From IMG/VR virus record IMGVR_UViG_3300006127_000060, positions 1 through 32,544 of that record: a DNA stretch of 32,544 nt; one strand, written 5' to 3'. The notes below the pieces were generated by a model. It had not been told where the DNA came from and did not search any database. It saw only the letters and a program-made list of their open reading frames with translations. A program made the translations under genes and the position numbers. This DNA is from a virus. Lineage: Duplodnaviria > Caudoviricetes. Shown here piece by piece: positions 9,167 to 21,736 of this stretch (position 1 is its first letter; each line of letters begins with the position of its first letter).

Positions 9167-9185
9167 CTAAAATAATCACACTAAA

Positions 9186-9755
9186 ATGGCCGGATTACCA
9201 CATTGGAACAATTCAGCAGCGGCTGTAAACTATTGGGAACCTTTATTCCTAAACCAGTTTGAGGTAGTTATCACCCCGCCTGCAGTAATTACTCAAAACG
9301 TAAACCTCTTAGTTGAACACGTAATGACTGTCACAGGTCTACCTGAATTAACACCAACTGGAGTAATTGAACAGACTTATAAATTTGCTAGACGTTCTTA
9401 TGCTGCAGCAGTTCCAACGACTACTGTCGCTGATCTTGATATTAAGTTCTCAGTGAACCTAAATAACAATAACGAGATGTATATCTACAACATACTTAGA
9501 GCATGGGCAGATCTTGCATACGATCCGCTTACTGGTAAGCAAGGATTGAAGAAGGACTATATTGGAGAGATCTATGTTGCAATACACAATAAAGCGCAAG
9601 ACATTTATCGCGAATTTAGATTTAAGCCAGTAATTCCAAATGGTGAACTAACTAAAATGGCTCTAAACTATACATCGCCTGACATATACGAGGTTACTAT
9701 GAAGTTTAGAGCAGACGCATGGAAAGAAGCAAGAGTCGGTCAAATAACTGTATAA
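9186..9755 (+). CDS. gp19: Tail tube protein (T4 gp19-like)
   Basis: Size (189 aa) and pattern EP..NQFEV, GLPE, LRAWADLAYDPLTG..GLKKDY, LNY...YEVTMKFRADAW are typical of myophage tube proteins. Confidence 0.75.
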   Translation: MAGLPHWNNSAAAVNYWEPLFLNQFEVVITPPAVITQNVNLLVEHVMTVTGLPELTPTGVIEQTYKFARRSYAAAVPTTTVADLDIKFSVNLNNNNEMYIYNILRAWADLAYDPLTGKQGLKKDYIGEIYVAIHNKAQDIYREFRFKPVIPNGELTKMALNYTSPDIYEVTMKFRADAWKEARVGQITV

Positions 9756-9777
9756 GTTTTAAAAAAGCAAGAAGAAA

Positions 9778-10449
9778 ATGGAAATGTTTAACGTACACCG
9801 TCGAGACGTAATGGATTTCGATAATTATATGGATCTTAAGAAAGAGAGTTTCGGTGGACCGAAATCTGCAATCGCTTATCGTGATGCAAAGGGAAATAAA
9901 GTAAACTCAGATCCTAAGTTGAAAGAATTTCAAAGAACTGTAAAAAGAGACGCTCTCTTTTCTCATCCAGTATACGATCCAACCTATAAAGCAATGACTC
10001 ACGATCTTGTTTACAAACAGGACAAGAAAAAGCCATTTAGCTACAATGAACCAAGCTTAACTGGAATTCCAGTGGTAGATATTACTGAGAGCTACTCAGC
10101 TGCCACATTTGAACAGTTTATGCATGATATGGATGCGAGAGAAGAAGAGTCTGACGAAAGAGACGAAATGGAGCACAAAATGCCAAAAATGCAGGATGAG
10201 CCTGAATACGAAGATGAAGATCGCGAAATGGATCACGACCTGGACATAGAAGATTTTCGCGACGACGAAGATGAATTAGATCAGGAAGACATGGACGATA
10301 TGGAAGATCGTGAATACGACCGTCACCCTAAACACGAAGAGGAAGAAGATGACTTTGAAAGGGAGCCAGAATCAGAAGATGTTGCTCAAATCGAAAGAAT
10401 GCTGAAGAAATTTGAGGAGCCTGAATACGAAGAAGACGAAGACTATTAA
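9778..10449 (+). CDS. Hypothetical protein with a highly acidic C-terminal half
   Basis: The last ~100 residues are dominated by D/E and contain the repeated EPEYE motif. Confidence 0.75.
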   Translation: MEMFNVHRRDVMDFDNYMDLKKESFGGPKSAIAYRDAKGNKVNSDPKLKEFQRTVKRDALFSHPVYDPTYKAMTHDLVYKQDKKKPFSYNEPSLTGIPVVDITESYSAATFEQFMHDMDAREEESDERDEMEHKMPKMQDEPEYEDEDREMDHDLDIEDFRDDEDELDQEDMDDMEDREYDRHPKHEEEEDDFEREPESEDVAQIERMLKKFEEPEYEEDEDY

Positions 10450-10453
10450 TAAG

Positions 10454-10486
10454 AAAAGCTGAGAGTGATCTCAGCTTTTTTCTTTT
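10454..10486. terminator. Probable bidirectional intrinsic terminator
   Basis: Perfect 11-bp stem AAAAGCTGAGA / TCTCAGCTTTT with a GTGA (GNRA) loop. T-tract on + and A-tract upstream, located between convergent genes. Confidence 0.75.
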
Positions 10487-10887
10487 ATGGGGATACTTAA
10501 TACTCTATCAATAGTCCTTAGAGGATCGTCCTCCGAGTCCTTAGAGACGACGATATTATAGTTGAATATTAATCCAGTATACTCACTTTCAATAAACGAC
10601 ACGGTGTTTAAGACAGATGACTGGGACAGGTTTGAATTTAGATAAATTACTCGCTTGTACTTTCTATTTTTGATGGTTATTGCCTTGTCCAATAGCTTCT
10701 TTATCTCATAGTTTAAGAGAAATGACTGGACTTTGTTTGGCACAATAAATTTAGTCTTGAATTTTTCCTTTATTATTTTATTGACATTAAGGACATAGTC
10801 GTCCTTGCTCTTTTTATTAAAAACAGAGATAAAGTTTTTGTATTCCCTTACAAAGAGAATCGTTACATGGTGGTCTTCGGCTATCAT
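10471..10887 (-). CDS. Hypothetical protein (138 aa)
   Basis: ATGA overlap with the dCMP deaminase stop. Confidence 0.7.
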   Translation of the reverse strand: MIAEDHHVTILFVREYKNFISVFNKKSKDDYVLNVNKIIKEKFKTKFIVPNKVQSFLLNYEIKKLLDKAITIKNRKYKRVIYLNSNLSQSSVLNTVSFIESEYTGLIFNYNIVVSKDSEDDPLRTIDRVLSIPIKEKS

Positions 10888-11306
10888 ATTGGTAATTTTA
10901 TTGTCTCTATTCCAGCTTCAGATAAGATGCGCAACCCTTGATTGTCTCGGTACTCCTCTGCATAGACGACTGCCTTGATCCCAGCCTGGATGATGAGCTT
11001 AGAGCAATCTTTACAAGGAGACATGGTCACATAAAGAGTTGAACCCTCTATGCTTTGCGTCGATTTAGCAACCTTAAGTATCGCATTGGCTTCAGCGTGA
11101 AGCACATACCAATAGGTATTACCATCGGCGTCCTCGCACTCATTATTGAATCCGCGAGGAGTTCCGTTAAATCCGTCAGAAATAATCACGCCACCCTTTA
11201 CGATCAGAGCTCCAACCTTCTTACGATTACAGCAAGAGAGAGTTGACCAGGTCGAGGCCATCTTAAGGTAGGCTATGTGGTATTTTAATTCTTTATTTAG
11301 AGACAT
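10884..11306 (-). CDS. cd: dCMP deaminase
   Basis: HAEANA and SPCKDC zinc motifs; KVGALIV and GFNGTP. Confidence 0.95.
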   Translation of the reverse strand: MSLNKELKYHIAYLKMASTWSTLSCCNRKKVGALIVKGGVIISDGFNGTPRGFNNECEDADGNTYWYVLHAEANAILKVAKSTQSIEGSTLYVTMSPCKDCSKLIIQAGIKAVVYAEEYRDNQGLRILSEAGIETIKLPI

Positions 11307-11493
11307 CAGAAGAGGGCTTTATGGGATTAGGTAATGCAAAAGAAAGGATAATCACGATCGCTATCCACTGCGGATAGGATAGTTTTACGTGAATTGTATC
11401 TGCTAGAAAGATTGAATATAGTATGCAGCATGCTCCTGAACAGATGAGCCATTCAATGATTATTTTTAAGAATAAGTTGATTGCTTTTTTCAT
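11293..11493 (-). CDS. Small membrane protein (two hydrophobic segments)
   Basis: 66 aa with two hydrophobic stretches; overlaps both neighbours in operon fashion. Confidence 0.6.
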   Translation of the reverse strand: MKKAINLFLKIIIEWLICSGACCILYSIFLADTIHVKLSYPQWIAIVIILSFALPNPIKPSSDVSK

Positions 11494-12365
11494 ATTTTAT
11501 TTATGTTTCTATAGATCCAGCTAAAAAGAGGATCCTCTAGTAGTTTTGGATCGGGATTGGCAAAATCGCTAAAGAAAGAAATCAATTCTGGAGTTGGTTC
11601 ACCGACTGGATTAATAAGATCGGCGCCTACCGGAGGAATGGTTTCAGACTTCCATTCAAGAGAATCAATCATCGCATTTACTGCATCAAAATGGTGCTCA
11701 TAAACGTGGAAAGAGTTTGCGATATGGGTATAGGTACCAAGATCAAGATCTGGGTAATACTTACGTAAGTGAGAAAGAGCCTGGCTTTGCAAGATAGCAA
11801 AGAAAGCAATATCAGTAGGCAAGCCCCAAATGACATCGTTGCTACGCATTGAGATGGTAAAGTTGAGCTTATTATCCCTGATTTGGAAGTTGCCATACAT
11901 CGTGCAAACAAAATCCTTATTGAAGTGATATTGATGTCTCGGAAGATTGAAATGCATCACAGCTTGACGAGAATCCCGGTCTTTTACTAGAGCAGAGATT
12001 GCCCATTCGTATTGGGTGATGCCATGCTCATTAAGATTAGAGAAAAGCAGCTTACCGTATGAAGAGTTTACTGTTCCGTCTGGATTCTTTATTGTGTCCC
12101 AAAATTTTGCGTATTTTGTGATAAATTCTGCGTCATTACGACCCATAAAGTACCACATGAGCTCAGCTGCAATGTATTTCTTTTGAGACGATCGAGTTGG
12201 TGTAGTAAATAAACAAGACAGAGGCTCTTCAATTATAAGAACGGTATTTGCATTTTCTTTTATTGAAAGATCCCTAGGTTTAGTCTCAAACTCAGGATAT
12301 CGAATTAAGTCAACTAGACTTGCACGAAAGGCTCTGGAAAAATTATCGCGTTGGTAAACTCTCAT
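11490..12365 (-). CDS. Thymidylate-synthase-fold enzyme, probably a dCMP hydroxymethylase/methylase (T4 gp42-like)
   Basis: AELMWY, VNSSYG, DSRQA, KDFVCT (catalytic Cys), MRSNDVIWGLPTD (Asp at the E. coli ThyA Asn177 position) and SFHVY. Start moved from 12389 to 12365 because the upstream ATG lies inside a promoter motif. Confidence 0.8.
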   Translation of the reverse strand: MRVYQRDNFSRAFRASLVDLIRYPEFETKPRDLSIKENANTVLIIEEPLSCLFTTPTRSSQKKYIAAELMWYFMGRNDAEFITKYAKFWDTIKNPDGTVNSSYGKLLFSNLNEHGITQYEWAISALVKDRDSRQAVMHFNLPRHQYHFNKDFVCTMYGNFQIRDNKLNFTISMRSNDVIWGLPTDIAFFAILQSQALSHLRKYYPDLDLGTYTHIANSFHVYEHHFDAVNAMIDSLEWKSETIPPVGADLINPVGEPTPELISFFSDFANPDPKLLEDPLFSWIYRNINKI

Positions 12366-12380
12366 AACACTGTTTTTAGT

Positions 12381-12409
12381 TTTATACATAGGATGGGATA
12401 AAAGTTTTC
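12381..12409 (-). promoter_or_regulatory. Putative promoter AAAACT-N15-GTATAAA
   Basis: The - strand reads GAAAACTTTTATCCCATCCTATGTATAAA, with the same spacing as at 564, 5689 and 26693. Confidence 0.6.
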
Positions 12410-12413
12410 TCGA

Positions 12414-12421
12414 AATAAATA
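12414..12421 (+). promoter_or_regulatory. Putative late promoter AATAAATA
   Basis: Lies 7 nt upstream of the collagen-like gene, back-to-back with the - strand motif. Confidence 0.5.
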
Positions 12422-12428
12422 TTAATAG

Positions 12429-16157
<3,729 letters not shown>

Positions 16158-16159
16158 TA

Positions 16160-16393
16160 GTGAAAGTTCATTTTATTAATCCATTTCAGTTTGGAGATTT
16201 TAGAGAATGGGATTGTCTTATCCTCGATGATACAGATGCAATCGTATATCGGGTCGGTATGCAATTTAGATCAACTGATCCGGATTCAATAATAGAAGAA
16301 GCTGGAACAAATATATTTAACGCTCAGGGATATGATTCATCACTCACTATTGATTCAATAACAATAGACAAACCCGAAGATTGGGACAATTAA
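16160..16393 (+). CDS. Small acidic hypothetical protein, possibly a fibre chaperone or adaptor
   Basis: GTG start; fills the gap between two fibre-type genes. Function inferred from position only. Confidence 0.6.
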   Translation: MKVHFINPFQFGDFREWDCLILDDTDAIVYRVGMQFRSTDPDSIIEEAGTNIFNAQGYDSSLTIDSITIDKPEDWDN

Positions 16394-16404
16394 CTTAAAT
16401 AAAG

Positions 16405-18990
16405 ATGGCGATATACAAATCAATACAATCCGGTAACTTTACTTCTTCTTCGACTTGGGGAACTCTTGTGAATTATGTGGCAACTGGTCCGAGTCTTGTT
16501 GGTGTATCCACCTCTGTTGTTGCAAGCAGTACGGTTACAGGCCTAAGCAATACGATAAATGGAATTATGGTGCACTTGGGTTATCGAGTCGCTTCACCGA
16601 CGGGTACAATAACCTGTCAACTTTACAATTCAACAACCTCGACTATAATTCAAACGGTGACAATAAACGCAAGTGACCTACCTGCAGATTCTGCAGTCGG
16701 CACTGTAAATGGAGGCTGGGTGCATTTTAAGTTTGGATCAAATACTACCCTTAATGCGGCTCAAGCATATAGCGTAAGATTAGTTGCAAGTGTAGCCAAT
16801 CAGGCATATTTCTATAATGCAAGTGGTACTGACTGGAATAGAGCATTTGTGAGCACGACTGGAAGTGTTCCTACGACTGGTGATTCCATTCATATTGGTG
16901 GAGATTATTCAAGTGCAGGAGTGAATAACAGCTACACGGTGACAATGAACAATACTACCGGTACTCTATTGCTTGGATCAGACGGCTCGGGAATTTACGG
17001 GATATCGCCAGGGTCGAATGGCATTACAATATCTTCAAAGGGTACTCTTGCATACGGAACCGCAACTTCAACAAATTACTTTTTAGGTACTACTGCAAAC
17101 ATCACAGTATATTGCGGCGGTACTTTACAAATGGGCAGTTCAGGGGCAGCAATACCCGCTTCATCGACAGCGGCTTTGCTTATCTCAAGTTCAACTGCTG
17201 GACAGTACGGCTTGTGTGTTGCAGGTAACCTAACTACATATGGAGCAACTAAAACAGTAAAGGCAAAATTAGCTGCGGACATATCAGTAGGTGCGACTTC
17301 CGCAACAACCGATGTGAGCACCGGCTGGTTAAGCGGTGATGTGATAGCGATCGCTGGAACAACTCGAACCGTTGCAGATGGTGAACAATTAACCCTTTCA
17401 GGAAATGCATCGGGCACAACTATAAGTTTTACAGGGTCGACTCTTGCTGCACATGGAGGAAATTCAACAACCCTGATTCAAGCTGATATTATTAACCTTA
17501 CTAGAAACGTAAACATATATGGTGCAAGCGCAACACTTGTTTCGTATATCACAACACCAGGTCAATCACCAACGGGTATTAATAACCCAAGCATATCAAC
17601 ATATTACACCGGATTCTACAACCTAGGAACAGCATCGGCAGTTAAACCAATTATGGCTATAAGTAATCCAACAGCCAATGCTGATGTGAGATATTGTTCT
17701 TTTTACGGAACAAGTGTTGCAAACGCATATGGTGTTTATATTTATGCTGCCAATAATAGTACTATTAACTTCAACTATAATGTTTGTTACAACGTACTTA
17801 CTTGGGTTAATACTGGTTTTAGTACCATCTATAATTCAACCACGCTTGATAATAATGTTGGTATTAAGACTACAATAGCAATGAACTCACCAAATATTAC
17901 CTTTACAAACAATACAATTGCAAATGGTACTGGTATTGGTATAACGATAGGTTCTCAAACGGGTACAGTCGGTTATGGTACGTTTAATAACATATTAGCA
18001 TATGGGAATAGTAATGTTGGTGTTTCTTTATCAACCTCATTTGGAACCGCGTCAAATATAACAGCTTGGAGAAATAACGGTGCTGGTTTATATTTAACAG
18101 CTGTTCAAGCTATTGAAAATCAACTTATGATCCTAAGTGGAGGTACATTATTTGGTAATGGGTATGGTGTACAATCGGCGGGTCTAAACAATACAGTTTT
18201 AATTCAAAACTTTAATATTTATGGAGGTTCTACACTTGTACAGGGTGGTGGTTTTTTCCAACAAGGTGGTGCTAGTGACTATATAACATTTTATAATTCC
18301 ACTCTTGGGCCTAACCATTCTATTTCTGATTTATATTTTGCATCAAGTCCATTCGGTAACATCAGCTTTATAAACTGTACATTTAGTTCAACAACAAAAA
18401 TAACTACTGGTAACTTAACTAGAAGCCCTAGTGGATTAGGTGTGAGTTCAATAAACGAAAACGGTGTTGCGGGTAGTATGTTTGCTTACAGTCAATATGG
18501 AACGTCAAGACTTGACACAACAATATATAATACTTCAAGCCCTTCTCTTAGACAAACACCAACAACTGCAAACGTTAAGTTTGGTCACGCAAGCGTAAAG
18601 ATAAACGTTGCAGCAGGAGCGACGCCTTCAGTATCTGTGACTGTGCGAAAATCTGTAGTTGGAGACGGAACTGCGTATAACGGAAATGCACCAAGGCTTA
18701 TGCTTCGACCTAATATCCAAGCGGGAGTAACCAGCTTTACTGTGCTGGCAACATCAGCAGGTTCTGCGGGTTCTTGGGAAACGCTTACTGCAACTCTTCC
18801 AGCGCCTAGCGTAAATGCTGTATATGAGCTCTATGTTGATTGTGATGGAACTACCGGCTGGATCAATATTGATGACTGGAGCACAACATATTATGCTGAA
18901 ACTCAAGGACTTAGTTATTGGAAAGATGCACAGCCATATGTCGCATTATCAGCAACAAGACCTCAAATATCCTCGTTCTTTGTAGGATAA
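16405..18990 (+). CDS. G8-like / parallel beta-helix (pectin-lyase-fold) virion protein, putative adhesin or depolymerase
   Basis: GWLSGDVIAIAGTT...AHGG...ADIINLTRNVNI resembles the segment that follows G8 domains. Asn/Gly-rich repeats (NNTIANG, NNILAYGN, NITAWRNNGAG) suggest beta-helix rungs. Confidence 0.7.
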   Translation: MAIYKSIQSGNFTSSSTWGTLVNYVATGPSLVGVSTSVVASSTVTGLSNTINGIMVHLGYRVASPTGTITCQLYNSTTSTIIQTVTINASDLPADSAVGTVNGGWVHFKFGSNTTLNAAQAYSVRLVASVANQAYFYNASGTDWNRAFVSTTGSVPTTGDSIHIGGDYSSAGVNNSYTVTMNNTTGTLLLGSDGSGIYGISPGSNGITISSKGTLAYGTATSTNYFLGTTANITVYCGGTLQMGSSGAAIPASSTAALLISSSTAGQYGLCVAGNLTTYGATKTVKAKLAADISVGATSATTDVSTGWLSGDVIAIAGTTRTVADGEQLTLSGNASGTTISFTGSTLAAHGGNSTTLIQADIINLTRNVNIYGASATLVSYITTPGQSPTGINNPSISTYYTGFYNLGTASAVKPIMAISNPTANADVRYCSFYGTSVANAYGVYIYAANNSTINFNYNVCYNVLTWVNTGFSTIYNSTTLDNNVGIKTTIAMNSPNITFTNNTIANGTGIGITIGSQTGTVGYGTFNNILAYGNSNVGVSLSTSFGTASNITAWRNNGAGLYLTAVQAIENQLMILSGGTLFGNGYGVQSAGLNNTVLIQNFNIYGGSTLVQGGGFFQQGGASDYITFYNSTLGPNHSISDLYFASSPFGNISFINCTFSSTTKITTGNLTRSPSGLGVSSINENGVAGSMFAYSQYGTSRLDTTIYNTSSPSLRQTPTTANVKFGHASVKINVAAGATPSVSVTVRKSVVGDGTAYNGNAPRLMLRPNIQAGVTSFTVLATSAGSAGSWETLTATLPAPSVNAVYELYVDCDGTTGWINIDDWSTTYYAETQGLSYWKDAQPYVALSATRPQISSFFVG

Positions 18991-20063
18991 CCTAGAGCTG
19001 ACACAATTATGCGTCGATTATCGTTAAGTCGAGTCCGGTGTTGACTGTAATATTTTGAATTGAGTCGTAATGCATCGACTAGGTAAAAGGCCTCTTCGTA
19101 TTCCTTTATCCAATATGCAGCGATTGCAAGCTCGTCTTTTACCCTTGGTCCATAGCACTCAGTGTGAATAAAAAGTCGATCTAAGGGGATCCTTGTAGAA
19201 TTACATATCTTCAATAATGAGTATGCCTGTTGCCACATGTGTAATCCCTTGAAATACATCGCAAGCTCAAAGATGGGTTCTATTCGAGTGGGACGTTGCA
19301 TCCATGCAGAAAACATGGAAGACTCAATCACTCTACTGTGCTTTTCTAATTGAATAGCACACATTCCAAGTTTAAATTGAGAGTACCAGAGTTCCTCGTC
19401 CCACTGGCTCACTGCGATACACTTATGATATTCAGTTTCGGCCGATACATAATCACGGGTGTCATAGTAAGACTGCGCTAGATAAAATCGATTTCTAGCA
19501 TTTAGTGGATCCTTTTCTAGAGATTCAGTAAGAAGAGAAATGTCTCTTGTAAATTTATCAGACTTGGATCCACCGTCTCCGTGATCAAGAATAAATGCTT
19601 CAGGAAGAGTTGCGGTGCGAGTCTCCCTATAGTCAATATCAAAATACTCGTGTGTCGCACCGATTGACTTCCAATCAGCCGCAGAATTTAGGATTCGTAT
19701 GTTTTGATAGGACATGGAAGTAGATCTCTGTTCAATTAAGTAGCCGTCAATCATTAAGCTTAGTGAGCTCTTTATGTCCTTTGCCTTGAGTTCCATATCA
19801 GCATCGATCGTTAGTACCCAATCTGCCATGCCTCGAGCGAGCTCAAAGGCTTCAGTTCGGTTGGCTCCAAAATTTATCCACGGTCGACGATACACTTTTC
19901 CTGGGATCCCAGAAAGCTTGGATTCAATTATTGCGATGGTGTCATCAGAACTTCCGGTGTCAATAATGCACCAGGTGTCAATGTGAGGGATGACTGAATC
20001 TAGAGCACGAGCAATCACTCGACTCTCGTTCTTCACTATCATGTTTAGGCAAACAGTATTCAT
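18963..20063 (-). CDS. Family 2 glycosyltransferase with C-terminal TPR-like repeats
   Basis: CLNMIVKNE, IDTGSSDDT, FGANR, IDAD (DxD), HE, then RFYLAQSY and TPR-like helices. Confidence 0.9.
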   Translation of the reverse strand: MNTVCLNMIVKNESRVIARALDSVIPHIDTWCIIDTGSSDDTIAIIESKLSGIPGKVYRRPWINFGANRTEAFELARGMADWVLTIDADMELKAKDIKSSLSLMIDGYLIEQRSTSMSYQNIRILNSAADWKSIGATHEYFDIDYRETRTATLPEAFILDHGDGGSKSDKFTRDISLLTESLEKDPLNARNRFYLAQSYYDTRDYVSAETEYHKCIAVSQWDEELWYSQFKLGMCAIQLEKHSRVIESSMFSAWMQRPTRIEPIFELAMYFKGLHMWQQAYSLLKICNSTRIPLDRLFIHTECYGPRVKDELAIAAYWIKEYEEAFYLVDALRLNSKYYSQHRTRLNDNRRIIVSALGYPTKNEDI

Positions 20064-21736
20064 TTCTTACCAGTAGTTGAAATAGACATTTCAGAAAAGT
20101 GATTGATCATCTTTACTGAAATCTTTGAGTTAAAAAATTCTTCAGGCAAGGCCTCGTGAGATACTACAAATATGGTCATAGTGTATTTGTCTGCATATTC
20201 CCTAAGTATCTCAATTGCCTTATAGACGTTCTTCTTATCTAGCGAACTAAATATCTCATCTAGGAACATTACGTTCATCTGGCTGTGCTTCATTTTAATC
20301 AGTTCGATAAATGCAAGCAGAACGATGAGGTTCATCTTTTTTCTTTGACCAGTAGAGAGACTTTCCGGTGAGATCTCCATTCCTAAGTATGAGATTATTG
20401 GATTGAAATCTCCGTCAAACTCAAAGGAAAACTTAAACTCAAGTCTCTCTGAAATGTCACGAATTCGGCCGTTTAGAGTCGGGACTATCTTATCTATTAG
20501 GGTCTTTTTAATTCCTGAGTCAGATAGAAGAGAATCGAGTGTGCTGAACAGGTCATAGCTTCGTTCCTTTTCCTGAATCTTAACCTGATCGGCTTTAAGA
20601 TCCTCTTGAATGGAATCGATAATCTTTTGAATTGACTCAGTCTCGTCTGTGCCAATCACTTCAATCGTCTTCTTTAATTCAGAGTCGAGTTGCTTGAGTT
20701 CAGCGTCAATTCTGTAGTAATCAGACTTTGTTGAATTTTGCGAATCGGTGACCTCTTCAAGCGATCGAGTTAGTGTCGTAAAAGATTCCCTAAGGGCTGG
20801 GATCATTTCATCAAACACCTTTTTCTTGCTCTCAATCGCCTCTTTTGTCTTGATTGAAGAAGCGCTAGTGAGATCGTTGAGACAGTGAGGGCAGCGATTA
20901 CTTTGATATAGAGAAAGCTTCTCACCAAGGTCAGAGATTGTCGCTTTTGTCTTACTAATCTCGTCCCTTACTGAGTTTAATTTTAGTTGGATATCGGTTA
21001 TCTGAGGTTTAAACTCTGAGTATTTCGTCTTAATCGACTCGATCTCGGCTTTCTTAGTTTCAATGATTGCAGCAAGCCCGTCAGATTTGGTCTCCTTTGC
21101 CCTTTCGATCTTTTGACGTAACTGATCTAGTTGTGCAAGAGATGAAGTGAGAGTTGACTCGTTCTTTAAGATCTGGGCATTTATTATGTCAAGGTCCTTC
21201 TTGTTCTGCTTAAGATCCTCTTTTACGACTGCTCGCATGTCACTTAAAATATCGATACCGAATATTCGATCGACTATCTTACGTTTATCCGATTGGCTTA
21301 GGGTCACAAAAGACTTAAAGTCATCGAACGAAAGACTTATCGTGTTACAAAAAACTGGAAAAGGTATTTTGGCAAGCTCGTCCTCAATAAACTCATCTAC
21401 TTTACGTTTATCCGGCAGGTTGAATCGGGCTCCATTTATCTTGATGTCACTAAAGTTAGGATCAATTCCTCTATCGAGCTCAACCAGTTCTCCAGAATTG
21501 GTCACAAACTTTACGTTTGTGTAGGCATTGCGATTGATCCAGTTGGGAATGTCCTTTATTTTACGAATAGCGGATCGACCGTAGATCGAGACAGTAAGAG
21601 CCTCCTTTATTGATGACTTGCCCTCCCCGTTCTCGCCCTCAACTAGGATGAGATTTGGCTCTTCTCCAAACTTAAAGGTCTGAAGCATGTTGCCATATGA
21701 TAGTATGTTTTTGTAAGAAAATTCAAGTAGCTTCAT
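20060..21736 (-). CDS. gp46: Recombination endonuclease ATPase subunit (T4 gp46 / SbcC / Rad50)
   Basis: Walker A GENGEGKSS, coiled coil with CPHC zinc hook, signature LSTGQ, Walker B FLDE, and VVSH. Confidence 0.95.
   Translation of the reverse strand: MKLLEFSYKNILSYGNMLQTFKFGEEPNLILVEGENGEGKSSIKEALTVSIYGRSAIRKIKDIPNWINRNAYTNVKFVTNSGELVELDRGIDPNFSDIKINGARFNLPDKRKVDEFIEDELAKIPFPVFCNTISLSFDDFKSFVTLSQSDKRKIVDRIFGIDILSDMRAVVKEDLKQNKKDLDIINAQILKNESTLTSSLAQLDQLRQKIERAKETKSDGLAAIIETKKAEIESIKTKYSEFKPQITDIQLKLNSVRDEISKTKATISDLGEKLSLYQSNRCPHCLNDLTSASSIKTKEAIESKKKVFDEMIPALRESFTTLTRSLEEVTDSQNSTKSDYYRIDAELKQLDSELKKTIEVIGTDETESIQKIIDSIQEDLKADQVKIQEKERSYDLFSTLDSLLSDSGIKKTLIDKIVPTLNGRIRDISERLEFKFSFEFDGDFNPIISYLGMEISPESLSTGQRKKMNLIVLLAFIELIKMKHSQMNVMFLDEIFSSLDKKNVYKAIEILREYADKYTMTIFVVSHEALPEEFFNSKISVKMINHFSEMSISTTGKK

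Noticed and set aside
12366-12389. Track start of the TS-fold gene at 12389
   Set aside because: This ATG lies within the conserved promoter motif; 12365 is preferred.
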